The notes: generated by a model not told the origin, from the letters alone. A stretch of DNA of 26,383 bases from Polyangia bacterium (GCA_050287845.1 JBNKCR010000002.1:1-26383), one strand, 5' to 3'; counted from the first letter of the stretch, positions 7,778-17,944 are shown. Numbers and translations are program-made.

Positions 7778-7824
7778 GCCTGCTGCGTCCCCTCCGCCTC
7801 TCCGCCTGCTGCGTCCCCTCCGCC
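7778..7824 (-). repeat. Family-2 mini-array
   Basis: GCCTGCTGCGTCCCCTCCGCC at 7778 and 7804. Its reverse complement contains GGGGACGCAGCA, identical to 25999-26010. Confidence 0.85.
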
Positions 7825-7890
7825 CTTCGGTGTGTTCAGGCCGGTGTTTTTCGCGAGTGTGCCGCCCCGGGAAAAGGCGCAGAGGATGAA

Positions 7891-8346
7891 TCAATTGCCC
7901 TGGGCGAGTGCGATGCCGACGCTGTCTGCCAGCCGGAGTGCGGTCCAGCCGCAGGCGACGATGACGGTGAACAGCAGGAATGCCATCGCGATTCCGGCTT
8001 TTCGGAGTTTCCGCCTCGCCACGATTTGAACGGCCATAAAAGCAGGAATCAGAACGACACTGATGAGGGTGGCAATCTGCAGAGAGATCGGCAGCATCAG
8101 CATATCGAGGCCGCCGTCGGCATACTTGATTTGAAATGCAACACCCATGGCGGTGGTGCCGATGCCATACACCCAGGCCGCCACATCCATTCCCAGCCCT
8201 GAGGGGGAAGTTCGGGTATTGGTGAGACCGATGACGCCGATGGCGGTGCCGATGATTGCGAAAGCGATTCCCAACCATCCGAAAAAGCCGGGGATATAAA
8301 ACAGACAGAGTCCTGAAATGGTTAAAACCATTGCTGTTGTATTCAC
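7891..8346 (-). CDS. Hypothetical integral membrane protein
   Basis: 151 aa with 4-5 hydrophobic segments. The GTG start lies 3 bp after the tag stop, so it is probably co-transcribed. Confidence 0.75.
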   Translation of the reverse strand: MNTTAMVLTISGLCLFYIPGFFGWLGIAFAIIGTAIGVIGLTNTRTSPSGLGMDVAAWVYGIGTTAMGVAFQIKYADGGLDMLMLPISLQIATLISVVLIPAFMAVQIVARRKLRKAGIAMAFLLFTVIVACGWTALRLADSVGIALAQGN

Positions 8347-8349
8347 GTG

Positions 8350-8964
8350 TTACCTCTGGGGGGTTGGGGACATTTTCTGAATTTCATTGTACCTGAAACA
8401 GTTGGTCAGGTGGTCGTTGACCATCCCGGTGGCCTGCATGAAGGCGTACATTACGGTGGGACCGACGAATTGAAAACCTCTTTTTCGAAGGTCTTTGCTG
8501 ATTTGTCCGGACAGCGCCGTCTGGGCGGGGATTTCCGATATGTCCTGCCAGCTGTTCTGAATGGGAGTGCCTTCTGTGAAATGCCAGTAATACTCGGAAA
8601 AGGAGCCCCATTCCGTCTGTATTTCAATGAATTTTTGCGCGTTGTTCACGGTGGCTTCGATTTTTCTGCGATTTCTGATGATGCCGGTATTCTGGAGCAG
8701 TTTCTGAATTCTGGCCGCTGAAAATCTGGCCACCTGTTCGATTTGATAGTTGGCGAATGCCTGGCGGTATCCGTCCTGCCGTTTCAGAATGGTAATCCAG
8801 CTGAGTCCGGCCTGGGCGGTTTCCAGCACCAGAAATTCGAACAGTCGTTTGTCGGAAACCACCGGCACGCCCCAGACTTCGTCGTGATACCGGATGTACG
8901 CGTCATCCCCCTGGCACCACGGGCATCTCCGGGTTAAAAAATCGGGATTATTTGCGGGTGTCAT
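8350..8964 (-). CDS. tag: DNA-3-methyladenine glycosylase I
   Basis: RCPW, YHDEVWGVP, LFEFLVLE..QAGLSW.TIL.R, IIRNRRKI, GFQFVGPT..YAFMQA.G.VNDH...C. Confidence 0.97.
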   Translation of the reverse strand: MTPANNPDFLTRRCPWCQGDDAYIRYHDEVWGVPVVSDKRLFEFLVLETAQAGLSWITILKRQDGYRQAFANYQIEQVARFSAARIQKLLQNTGIIRNRRKIEATVNNAQKFIEIQTEWGSFSEYYWHFTEGTPIQNSWQDISEIPAQTALSGQISKDLRKRGFQFVGPTVMYAFMQATGMVNDHLTNCFRYNEIQKMSPTPQR

Positions 8965-9066
8965 CGGTTTTTCTCCCTGAAAATGAAATTGCTTTTATCT
9001 GTAGACAAACCAAATGAACAGAATAAAAATGTCGTTCCCCAATTGCCCGGAGAGCGCGAGGTGAAT

Positions 9067-9807
9067 ATGCAGAAAGTATCCAATTTTATCAAGACGGTAT
9101 GGGTAGTGTCGTGGTGGATGTCTGTGTCCGCTATTATATGGTTGCCGATATTTCTGACCGGTTTCTTTTCGAAAACCGGACGCCTTTCTTTTCGCCTGTG
9201 TCAAATCTGGGTCTGGATTGCCAAGGGCGTCACATTTACCCGGGTGGAAACAGTGGCCAATCCGAAAGTGGATAAAACCAAATCATATGTGATTGTTTCC
9301 AATCATCAGTCGCTGCTCGATATTCCGGCGCTGATGCTGAATACCGGGTTGCAGTTCCGCTGGGTGCTCAAAAAGGAGCTGGGGTATATTCCCTTTTTCG
9401 GTTGGGCGCTCTGGGGGGCGCGGCATATTCTGGTGGACCGGTCCCGGCCTAAACGCGCGCTGAAAAACATGAATGCCGCGGTGAAGAATCTGCCACCGGG
9501 CGTGAGTGTGATGGTTTTTCCGGAAGGCACCCGTTCCGATTCCGGCGAGCTCGGGGAATTCAAGGTAGGTGGGTTTCTCACGGCCATTTCATCGGGACTG
9601 CCCATTTTGCCGGTGACCATCAATGGCAGCTGGAAGCGGATGCCGAACAAAAACAGTCTGGCGTTTCATCCCGGGAAGATTCAGCTGGTGCTGGGAGACC
9701 CCATCGACACCACACAATATTCGAAAAGAGAAATAGCCAGGCTGATCCAGGACTCCCGAAACGCCGTTGCGTCCCGACTCAATCCCGAATATCCCGAAAA
9801 AAAATAA
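9067..9807 (+). CDS. plsC: 1-acyl-sn-glycerol-3-phosphate acyltransferase (LPLAT family)
   Basis: NHQSLLD (HX4D), KKEL..IPFFGW, VDR, FPEGTRS and PILPV motifs. ATG 9067 follows GAGGTG. Confidence 0.92.
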   Translation: MQKVSNFIKTVWVVSWWMSVSAIIWLPIFLTGFFSKTGRLSFRLCQIWVWIAKGVTFTRVETVANPKVDKTKSYVIVSNHQSLLDIPALMLNTGLQFRWVLKKELGYIPFFGWALWGARHILVDRSRPKRALKNMNAAVKNLPPGVSVMVFPEGTRSDSGELGEFKVGGFLTAISSGLPILPVTINGSWKRMPNKNSLAFHPGKIQLVLGDPIDTTQYSKREIARLIQDSRNAVASRLNPEYPEKK

Positions 9808-9886
9808 CAATTCTATACGAAAGACAGGTTTGGTCTCGTATAGTAATATTTCAAATGGAATCTTATCCGTGTTGCGGGAGGTTTAT

Positions 9887-11584
9887 ATGTATTCCAATAA
9901 AGGTTTAGAATTCTTAAAATTGTTGATCACTGCACTACTTCTTCTGTTGGCAGTTTCCTGCGCTGAGGGGGACAATCAGAAACCCGGAGACACGAAAGAT
10001 AGCGGTTCGGATACGGGGAGTGATTCCGGTACCGTTGGCAACACCGATACGGATGACGATACGGATACGGACACGGATACCGATACGGACACGGATATTG
10101 ATACCAATTCGGACACAGGTACCGATACGGATACCGATTCGGACACAGACACGGATACGGATACCGATTCAGCCACTGGGAATGACAGCGACACATCGAC
10201 GGATACTGAATCTGAAGTGGAGACCGAGCCGGTAGATACAGGAGAATGTACACCGGAAACCGTGGAAGAAGATTGTGGTGCCGATATGGTTTGTACCCCC
10301 AAAGGGGAGTGCTGTACTTCTGCCTGCGACGGTGGCTGTCAGACCTGTTCCGCACCCGGTTCGGATGGCACCTGCATTACCATGGCCGAAACTGAGGTGT
10401 GCAGACCCATGGCCGGTATCTGTGATGTACTGGAACGCTGTGACGGTGAGAGCACGGAATGTCCGGCGGACATCGTGCAGAAAGGCGCTATCTGTCGCGA
10501 GGCCGTGGACGAGGAATGCGACTTTCCCGATAGATGCGACGGCGAGTCCGCTCAGTGTCCCGCAGACAAGGTGAAGGAAGAAGGATTTGAATGTGGCGAC
10601 ACCACCACCAATACCGATTGTGACAAGCCGGATAGCTGCGATGGTAAAGGGTATTGCAGCAACAACTGGCTGCCCGACAACAGTCTGTGCGGGGGGGGCG
10701 GCACCACCGAATACCAATGCAGTACGGCGGATTGCGATGCCAACGCCCAGAGTCGCGTGGTGGGCGAAGCGTGTCAGCAGGGAGTTTGCGTCAGGAACAT
10801 GAACCCGGATTGGCAGGATATTCAGGAGTGCACTGAATTCCAGATTTGCGCAGCGGACGCCGATGGCGCGTCCTGTGTGGACTGCAGCGAAGTGCCCGAT
10901 GACGCCTGTGATGGCGATACCCGCCTCTTCTGGGACATCGAAGCCGGTATCTGCACCGTGGAAGACGACGAGCGGGTATGCTACTACGAACAGTCCACGG
11001 AGGATTGTGAAGAGAGTTTTAATTGTGTACGTGGAGAATGTGTTCCCTATACTTGTGCGCCCGGCGAGAAAGAGGGTGTTTTCACATGGAATAACGAAGA
11101 CCTTGAAGGGTGGACGATTGGAACGAATTGGGGATTCAGAGGGTATTACCCATGGGGTGCTTCCTCAGACGAAACGTATTTCGAGTTTCCGGGAGAAGAT
11201 GCAGCGACGATAATTGATCCTGATGATGAGGAAAACTATCTGATTTCTCCATTGTATGAGTTTTATGCCTGTTCAGAGGGTGAAGCCACATTTCACTTTA
11301 TCGGTGAGTATCAGCCCCCGTCCGAAGCGTGTGAGGCATCCAAATTTGTGCTTGAATGTGGTTCCGAAGATACTTGGGTGGAAATATGGAATGATCCCCA
11401 TGGTTTAGAATTCGAGGATCCTAAGTTGAAAACAGCTGTCCAGTACACTTATACGGTTGACATCAGTGACTGCTTTGGTTTGACCGAAGTGTATTTTCGC
11501 TTTAGACCAGTTGATTATTGCACGTCGATGATGGGATTTTGGATTGACAATTTCTCTTTTGAGGCAGTGCAAGTGGAAGAGTAA
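9887..11584 (+). CDS. Lipoprotein with (DT)n linker, disintegrin-like Cys-rich repeats and an acidic C-terminal probable beta-sandwich domain
   Basis: ATG 9887 follows GGGAGG; lipobox LAVSC. Repeats CRPMAGICDVLERCDGESTECPAD and CREAVDEECDFPDRCDGESAQCPAD. The C-terminus has L.SP...VYFRF...GFWIDNFSF. Confidence 0.85.
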   Translation: MYSNKGLEFLKLLITALLLLLAVSCAEGDNQKPGDTKDSGSDTGSDSGTVGNTDTDDDTDTDTDTDTDTDIDTNSDTGTDTDTDSDTDTDTDTDSATGNDSDTSTDTESEVETEPVDTGECTPETVEEDCGADMVCTPKGECCTSACDGGCQTCSAPGSDGTCITMAETEVCRPMAGICDVLERCDGESTECPADIVQKGAICREAVDEECDFPDRCDGESAQCPADKVKEEGFECGDTTTNTDCDKPDSCDGKGYCSNNWLPDNSLCGGGGTTEYQCSTADCDANAQSRVVGEACQQGVCVRNMNPDWQDIQECTEFQICAADADGASCVDCSEVPDDACDGDTRLFWDIEAGICTVEDDERVCYYEQSTEDCEESFNCVRGECVPYTCAPGEKEGVFTWNNEDLEGWTIGTNWGFRGYYPWGASSDETYFEFPGEDAATIIDPDDEENYLISPLYEFYACSEGEATFHFIGEYQPPSEACEASKFVLECGSEDTWVEIWNDPHGLEFEDPKLKTAVQYTYTVDISDCFGLTEVYFRFRPVDYCTSMMGFWIDNFSFEAVQVEE

Positions 11585-11759
11585 AACACTCCCGGTGCGT
11601 TTTTACTCTGCCCCAATCGCTTTCCTTGAAACCATTCTTTTTTTTGCAACAATTTCTCCTACCGGTCGAACGGCAATGCGTCATCGCAGATGATGGTTTT
11701 CAGATTTTGTTGGATTTGCTAGAAAAACCGAATGACCGTTCACAACAGAGGAGTAAGAG

Positions 11760-13655
11760 ATGAAGCGCGTTGCATGGCTCACGATATGGGTGACCCTGTC
11801 CATAAATACGACAGGTTGTTTTAAGGAAAACCCCTGGGAGACTCCAGATACGGAAGCCGATACATCTTCTGAAACGACGTCCGATTCAGATTCGGCGCAG
11901 GGAACGGACTCGGCTACTGGAACAGATACCCCATCTGATTCGGGAGCCGGGGGAGACTCAGCGACAATAACAGATAACGCAACGGCGTCAGAGACCGTAA
12001 CCAGCTCGGATTCCAGTTGGGACACGGAGACTGGGGCGGACACGGCAACGGGTTCGGATGGGGAGCCGATATCCGAAACCGGGACAGAGACAGAGACCGA
12101 GACAGAGACGCATGCCGATTCTGGGGGCGACACCGCATCTGTGACGGAGTCGGATACCACTGCATCGACCGAGACAGCCTGTGTCGTCACCAACGATGGG
12201 GTGGAGCGTTGCGATAATATTGACAACGACTGCGACGGCGACATTGACGAGCCGGAAGACATCGACCTGCACAGCGATCCGCAGAACTGCGGCGGCTGTG
12301 GGAACGACTGTATGAGCAGCGCATCACTCTGGACGGGGTTTAGAGAGATGCTTCCCTCCCATATGAAAGATGCGGCCTGCAACGACGGATACTGTGAAGT
12401 GGCGGCTTGTGACGCGGGATATACCGATGATCCGGGCTTTCCCTATCGGGATTGCAGATTTTCCATTAAACAGCTGGCTTTGGGGGATAACCATTCCTGC
12501 GCCGTATTTTTTGACGATACGGTTCGGTGCTGGGGTGACAATGGTTCCGGGCAACTGGGTAAGGATTATAATCGGGTGGAGAGCAGCGATGTGCCGCTTT
12601 CTATCGATGGTTTACCAGTTGGTTCTGGGGTCGTTGTAAAATCTCTGGTAGCTGGGGTCCGGCACAACTGCGCACTGTTCTCCGATGACCGTATTTTCTG
12701 CTGGGGAAGCAACGGACTGGGCGCTCTGGGAAGAGCGGATCAAGAAAATTCATATGTTCCCGCACCAGTAGAGAACTTGGATCTGGGTGATGGCGTGACC
12801 ATTACCACGATAGTGGCGGGTGGCTATCACAACTGTGTGTTGCTTTCCGATAACACCATTCGGTGTTGGGGATTTAACGATTATGCGCAGCTGGGACGAG
12901 ATACCGGTACAGAACGATCCAGCGCTGTGCCAGCGCCCCTGGATAACCCGGATTTTGGTGAAGGTGTTTCGGTGACGGCATTGGCGGCAGGGGCTCTTTA
13001 TAGTTGTGCATTGGTATCGGATAATTCCATCCATTGCTGGGGAGACAATATCGCAAACCAACTGGGTCGGTATACCGAAGGTAATACACTGGGGACGTCT
13101 CCGGACACGAATCCGGCACCGGTTGAACAATTTTTCCCCGGAAGCGGTGTGACGGTGAGGGAGCTGGCTGCCGCGAGTTATCACACCTGCGCACTATTGT
13201 CTGACAGCACTATTCAATGCTGGGGAAATGATCATGACGGGGAGCTGGGACGAGTGACAGATTCCATTGCTTCTCGCATGCATCCTGCGCCGGTCACCGG
13301 GTTGAATTTGAGGGCAGGAACCACGGTAAAACACATCTCTGCCGGGGGCAACCACACCTGTGCGTTTCTTTCTGACGATACGGTGTACTGCTGGGGGGAG
13401 AATGATCTGGGCCAGTTGGGACGGGAGACGGCCGGGGAAACGTCCAATCCCGAACCGGGGATGGTGGCCGGCATTCCCCCGCAGAGTGGTATCGAGATAA
13501 CGGCGTTTTCGGCGATGGGGTATGATCATGCCTGCGTGCTGCTGGACGATGTTTCGATTCATTGCTGGGGCAGCAACGCCTATGGTCAACTGGGATGGGC
13601 GATCGGGGAGGAGGAGTTCAGTGTTGTGCCGGGCATTGTCGAAAATCTGTTTTAA
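11760..13655 (+). CDS. Lipoprotein with Asp/Thr/Ser linker, Cys/Asp metal-binding motif and RCC1/BLIP-II-like beta-propeller
   Basis: TTGC lipobox-like site; ERCDNIDNDCDGDIDE; DPQNCGGCGNDC; seven repeats of G..H.CA...D..I.CWG.N..GQLG. Confidence 0.9.
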   Translation: MKRVAWLTIWVTLSINTTGCFKENPWETPDTEADTSSETTSDSDSAQGTDSATGTDTPSDSGAGGDSATITDNATASETVTSSDSSWDTETGADTATGSDGEPISETGTETETETETHADSGGDTASVTESDTTASTETACVVTNDGVERCDNIDNDCDGDIDEPEDIDLHSDPQNCGGCGNDCMSSASLWTGFREMLPSHMKDAACNDGYCEVAACDAGYTDDPGFPYRDCRFSIKQLALGDNHSCAVFFDDTVRCWGDNGSGQLGKDYNRVESSDVPLSIDGLPVGSGVVVKSLVAGVRHNCALFSDDRIFCWGSNGLGALGRADQENSYVPAPVENLDLGDGVTITTIVAGGYHNCVLLSDNTIRCWGFNDYAQLGRDTGTERSSAVPAPLDNPDFGEGVSVTALAAGALYSCALVSDNSIHCWGDNIANQLGRYTEGNTLGTSPDTNPAPVEQFFPGSGVTVRELAAASYHTCALLSDSTIQCWGNDHDGELGRVTDSIASRMHPAPVTGLNLRAGTTVKHISAGGNHTCAFLSDDTVYCWGENDLGQLGRETAGETSNPEPGMVAGIPPQSGIEITAFSAMGYDHACVLLDDVSIHCWGSNAYGQLGWAIGEEEFSVVPGIVENLF

Positions 13656-13814
13656 GGAATAGATTCCTGCACCCTGCCTTTCCCGCCGTTTATGATTCAT
13701 TGAATCGGACGGCATAAGATACATAATGAAAAAGCATTTGCAGGGATTGTACACAGCCCGGGAACCATATAAAGTGTGCTTCCGGTTTGAGCAGACATCT
13801 TTAAGGAGATTTGG

Positions 13815-16775
13815 ATGGCCAACAAAAAGAAGCGGAAACAGAAGGTGCAGGCCAAGGTGCCTTTTTATAAAAACATTAACAATATCATTACCTTTGTACT
13901 GTCGGTGGGCGTGGTGGTGTTTCTGTTCGTGTACAAATTCCCGCAGGACAACCTCACCGGCGCCGAGCGGCTGTACAATCTGTTTTACAAGGGTGTGCAA
14001 ACCGTCACCGAGGGATGCGGCAAGCCACCGGAGTCTGAAATCGAGGCGTATTACAAGGATAATGCCGGTTCCATCCCGGTCGCCCCGGATTTCGATGCGG
14101 ACCCCGGGGAAATCTGTGGCAATGGCAAAAAGTATTGGTGCACTTCGTTGCCGCCGGACAAGCCGGTTCCCTTCGGCTGGGAAAAGCCCCCCCGGGTAGG
14201 CGAAGATCCCAATTATGAGGGCCCCAGTCCATTCGCCCCGTTCAAGGAGTCCCCTCATGCCATGCCATCGAGCAAGGCCATTCTCACCCGTCCCGCGATC
14301 AGCGATCGGAACGACAGGGATTTGGAGCGGTACATCGAGGCTGCGCTGGCCCTGACGCCGGATGCGAAAATCGCGCTGGTGGGCACAAAGAATGTCACTC
14401 CTCAGCTGGGGAAATTTGTGCCGGCGATGAAGCCGGTGGACGTTTCGCTGTTCAAGGTGGACGACGATGAAGTGGTGGCCAGAAAACTGGAAGCCGATGG
14501 GTTCAATTATGTGTTGTACGACCGGACATTTGGCGGCAAGCCGCATCCATGGATGGAAGAAACTATGGGGGAGGTGGCCACGCGGATGAGAGATGCCGTA
14601 TCGCTCCATTGGTTTTACCCGGTGGTGCTGGGGTCAAGATGGGCATTGTATCGGCGCGTGACGCCATTTGAGATTGAAAAGCACGTCAAGCGACACCTGA
14701 CCAAGCGGGTACGGGCCAGACTGTCCGGCGAAGAAGCGGAAAATTTCAGCTTTGATATGCCCCTCGATGCCACCGGCGATACGGAACATCGCGTGATTGT
14801 GTCGCTGCGCAAGCGCTCTGAGCCATTGATCAAGGGCCGCAAGCTGGTGAAACGAATGAGCCATGGGACAACACTGATGGCGGCGTTGGACAGCGCGGTG
14901 GATCGGGTGAACGAAGACTGGCCGGATGTGGTGAAAAATATCCGGAACGACTACGGCGCCATTCTGAACCCGTCCCTTAAAAAGGAAATTGACAATCTCG
15001 AAATCGAAATCGATGTGCTGTACCATCAGTGTTACCTTTCGGATCGTATGGCGGGATCGCTGGTATGGTACGTGGAGCTGGGTCTCGAAGGATTGATGCT
15101 GGCGGAACGGGATGGCAAAAAGAATATTCACTATCTGGAGCCCAGTTACGCGGTTCAGATGGAAACCACGACCGAAGTGGAGTTTCTTGAAAAACTGCTG
15201 AAAAAGTCAAAGTTGCCCCGCTTTCTCAGAGATGCCAAAAGCAGGAAGATTCAGAAGAAGCGAGGCAAGATTCTGAACGAATCGGAATTCGTGACTGATT
15301 CCGCTTATGACTTCAAGCGATTCCGGGCGGTGAACTGGGTGGAGCGGCCCAAAGCACTTGGGCGGGATATTGTGGAAATCTATCGCGGCGTCCCGTTGAA
15401 AACCATCTGGGATGTGTCTTACGCATCTCTGATCAAGGCGCTGGAGCTGGGGTCTGGCTGGCTCATCAACAACCAGACGCCGGACGGCCAGTATCGATAT
15501 AAATATGAGCCTCTCAACAAACCCGGAAAGCGGTGGACGCCGGGTGGGAATATCGTTCGTCACGCACTCAATCCGTACACCCTGTTGATGGTCAATAAGC
15601 TGCAGCAGAAAAAGGAATATGTGGAGAGCGCGAAAAAGGGAATTAACTTCTCAATCAAGTTCCTGAGGAAAGAAGGCAATCGCTGCGCAATCTGTCACCG
15701 TGATCCGCCGGCCAGGTATTACAACGCCAAGCTGAACGCGGTGGCGGTGACCATTTTATCCATTCTGAAACTGAGCGATGTTGCTGACATCAGCGAATAC
15801 GAGGACGAACTGTCCTGTATGGCCGAAGAAATGCTGTATATGCAGGATAAGAATGGACACTACCGTCAGTACGATGTGCCGCCGGATCATCCCTACTATG
15901 GTGCGGAGAGCACCATCCACGCCGGTGAGTTTATTTTTGTGCTGGCACGACTGTACAGTCACTACAAGGACAAGCGATTCAAGGACGCCTGCGACAAATC
16001 CATCGACTACTACATGCAGCAGTGGAATAAGTCTGTCGAGGAGCGCACCGCCAATGGGATTTACGATGAAGAACATCGGGTGAATCTCATCGGTATTGTG
16101 CCCTGGCTGGTGACTGCCATGGAAGATTTACACAAATCCACCAGAGAGCAGCGATATGCCGAAATGGGGCTCAAGGCGCAGGACTGGATTGACAACGAGT
16201 TTTTCTGGTGGCAGCGCCGGTCTCAGTATCCCGATTATGTGGGTGCGTCCTTCAAGGTACATCGGGAGCTGCCTGCGGTGAACTCCTGTCAGTATGCTGA
16301 AGGTGCATCTGCGGCCTACGCCATTGCCAAACGGATTGGCAGAGATATTGAAATGAGACGGCAGGTGGTGGTGCACAGTATGCGATACTGTCTGCAGGTG
16401 CAGCATGACGGGTACGACTCCACTTTCTTTGTGCCCGATCCCGACGACGCCATGGGGGGATTCAAGTACACGCTGGGTCATCTGCGGGTTCGAAATGACT
16501 ACAACTACCACGCCATGGCGGCCATTGCTCAGGCGGCGGAGTATCTGGAACCGGATGATTATCCCGCAGTGCGACCGCTGCGAATTCTGCCCGTGCTCAA
16601 CGAACTTCTTGGCGGTCGGGAAAATCCTGAGAAAGATATGACCATGGCCGAACTGAAGGCGAAACGCGCCGCGGAAGCGGCAGCACAGGAAGCCGAAGCA
16701 CAATCCACCGATAACGATGCAGCAAAAGACAGCGATGAGAATACAGAGACTGCGCCGGCACAGAAATCGATGTAA
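13815..16775 (+). CDS. Large membrane-anchored protein with a probable AMMECR1-like middle region and C-terminal (alpha/alpha)-toroid domain; function unknown
   Basis: 986-aa ORF after TAAGGAG, with an N-terminal TM. Middle region LEIEID..ELGLEGL. C-terminal region WL.NNQ..DGQYRYKY.P...GNIVRHA and GGFK......RVRNDY..H. Family recognised from memory only. Confidence 0.7.
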   Translation: MANKKKRKQKVQAKVPFYKNINNIITFVLSVGVVVFLFVYKFPQDNLTGAERLYNLFYKGVQTVTEGCGKPPESEIEAYYKDNAGSIPVAPDFDADPGEICGNGKKYWCTSLPPDKPVPFGWEKPPRVGEDPNYEGPSPFAPFKESPHAMPSSKAILTRPAISDRNDRDLERYIEAALALTPDAKIALVGTKNVTPQLGKFVPAMKPVDVSLFKVDDDEVVARKLEADGFNYVLYDRTFGGKPHPWMEETMGEVATRMRDAVSLHWFYPVVLGSRWALYRRVTPFEIEKHVKRHLTKRVRARLSGEEAENFSFDMPLDATGDTEHRVIVSLRKRSEPLIKGRKLVKRMSHGTTLMAALDSAVDRVNEDWPDVVKNIRNDYGAILNPSLKKEIDNLEIEIDVLYHQCYLSDRMAGSLVWYVELGLEGLMLAERDGKKNIHYLEPSYAVQMETTTEVEFLEKLLKKSKLPRFLRDAKSRKIQKKRGKILNESEFVTDSAYDFKRFRAVNWVERPKALGRDIVEIYRGVPLKTIWDVSYASLIKALELGSGWLINNQTPDGQYRYKYEPLNKPGKRWTPGGNIVRHALNPYTLLMVNKLQQKKEYVESAKKGINFSIKFLRKEGNRCAICHRDPPARYYNAKLNAVAVTILSILKLSDVADISEYEDELSCMAEEMLYMQDKNGHYRQYDVPPDHPYYGAESTIHAGEFIFVLARLYSHYKDKRFKDACDKSIDYYMQQWNKSVEERTANGIYDEEHRVNLIGIVPWLVTAMEDLHKSTREQRYAEMGLKAQDWIDNEFFWWQRRSQYPDYVGASFKVHRELPAVNSCQYAEGASAAYAIAKRIGRDIEMRRQVVVHSMRYCLQVQHDGYDSTFFVPDPDDAMGGFKYTLGHLRVRNDYNYHAMAAIAQAAEYLEPDDYPAVRPLRILPVLNELLGGRENPEKDMTMAELKAKRAAEAAAQEAEAQSTDNDAAKDSDENTETAPAQKSM

Positions 16776-16943
16776 AATTCTTTTGAGATGAACAGCCATA
16801 AAGACGATGTCGGAAAATGCATGACAGAATCCCTCTATCCCCCTCTGATTGGGGGCGCTGTCTTTCTGTTCCCTCTTCTGGGAGGAATATTGTTTCCCGG
16901 GCGATGGGGAAATCCTCCCCGACCGGATATCCCATCCGGGCGC

Positions 16944-17885
16944 ATGCGACCGTTCATGGGGCGGATGGCCGCGAGTCTGGGAGCGCTGTTCTTCTGCGGT
17001 TGCGGCGCGCCGCCATCGGTTGCGCTTCCCCGGGAGCCGAAAGGGGCTGTGGCCCTGGTATCGGTGTCAGTGGACACGGAAACCGAAGACGCGGAGAATA
17101 CCGTCTCATCCTCATCACCTGATTTCGGTCCATTATCGTCTCCAGGTGTATCTTCGGTGGCTTCCTGCAGACTGGATGCCCCGTTGCCCGCGGAGGTCCG
17201 GGCGGAGGCATCGGTAAAAGCGCTGCATCAGCTGGGACAGAAAAAAATACTCGAAAAAGAGCGCCAGACAGCGGTGACGGTTTTACAGAAAGCGAACGCC
17301 ATGGCGCCGAAGAATCCGCAAATTAAAGCGGACTACGCCACTGCGCTGCTGCAATGTGGTCTGGTGAATGAAGGAGTGGAGGCGCTGGAGGCGGCTGCGC
17401 TACTGGCGCCGGACAACGCGGATATTGCCGCAAACCTGGCCCAGGGATATCAGATTGCAGGCAGATTTCGGGCAGCGCGGGTAGTGTACGAAAAAGCAGC
17501 CGAGCTGGCACCGGATGACAGCGCCATTCTCAATAATCTGGCGGTGGTGCTGGTGGCTCTTGGCGATGTGAATGCCGCCGAAACGGCGATTCGCAGGGCT
17601 ATCGCGCTCCGCCCGGGGGAAACGTCGTACCTTGTGGATCTCGGGTACATTCTGGTTCGGCAGAAGAGATTGCAGGATGCGGAAATTGTGCTGGAACGGG
17701 CGGTGAACGCCGATCGAAACAGCGCTGACGCCTATAACATGCTGGGATTTGTCTATTTTCAGCTGAATTATCGCGAACGCGCCCGGGAGAATTTTGAGCG
17801 GGCGCTGACGCTCAATCCAAACCATCGGGCCGCCCGGGAAAACCTGGATGCCCTCACCGGTGAGTTCCACCAGGAACTGGAGTGA
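16944..17885 (+). CDS. TPR-repeat protein, probable lipoprotein (start uncertain: 16788, 16944, 16956 or 16965)
   Basis: About six TPRs (e.g. NNLAVVL...G....A...I.RAI.L.P; YNMLG..Y......A...FERAL.LNP). LGALFFCGC is lipobox-like and favours a start near 16944-16965. Confidence 0.85.
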   Translation: MRPFMGRMAASLGALFFCGCGAPPSVALPREPKGAVALVSVSVDTETEDAENTVSSSSPDFGPLSSPGVSSVASCRLDAPLPAEVRAEASVKALHQLGQKKILEKERQTAVTVLQKANAMAPKNPQIKADYATALLQCGLVNEGVEALEAAALLAPDNADIAANLAQGYQIAGRFRAARVVYEKAAELAPDDSAILNNLAVVLVALGDVNAAETAIRRAIALRPGETSYLVDLGYILVRQKRLQDAEIVLERAVNADRNSADAYNMLGFVYFQLNYRERARENFERALTLNPNHRAARENLDALTGEFHQELE

Positions 17886-17944
17886 CTCTTCATTCCAGTT
17901 CCGTGCAATCAGTGCCTATGATTTCCACCCCGCTTTCAGTATAG

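Noticed and set aside
7459..8278. ORFs 7459..8202 (+) and 7754..8278 (-)
   Set aside because: Shadow frames over the membrane-protein gene and intergenic repeats, with no recognisable motifs.
10691..10698. G8 tract as a phase-variation switch
   Set aside because: It encodes in-frame Gly codons, the ORF is intact, and there is no evidence of variation.
13194..14609. 471-aa minus-strand ORF (and similar long antisense ORFs such as 18638..19963)
   Set aside because: Antisense to well-supported genes; typical of GC-rich codon bias.
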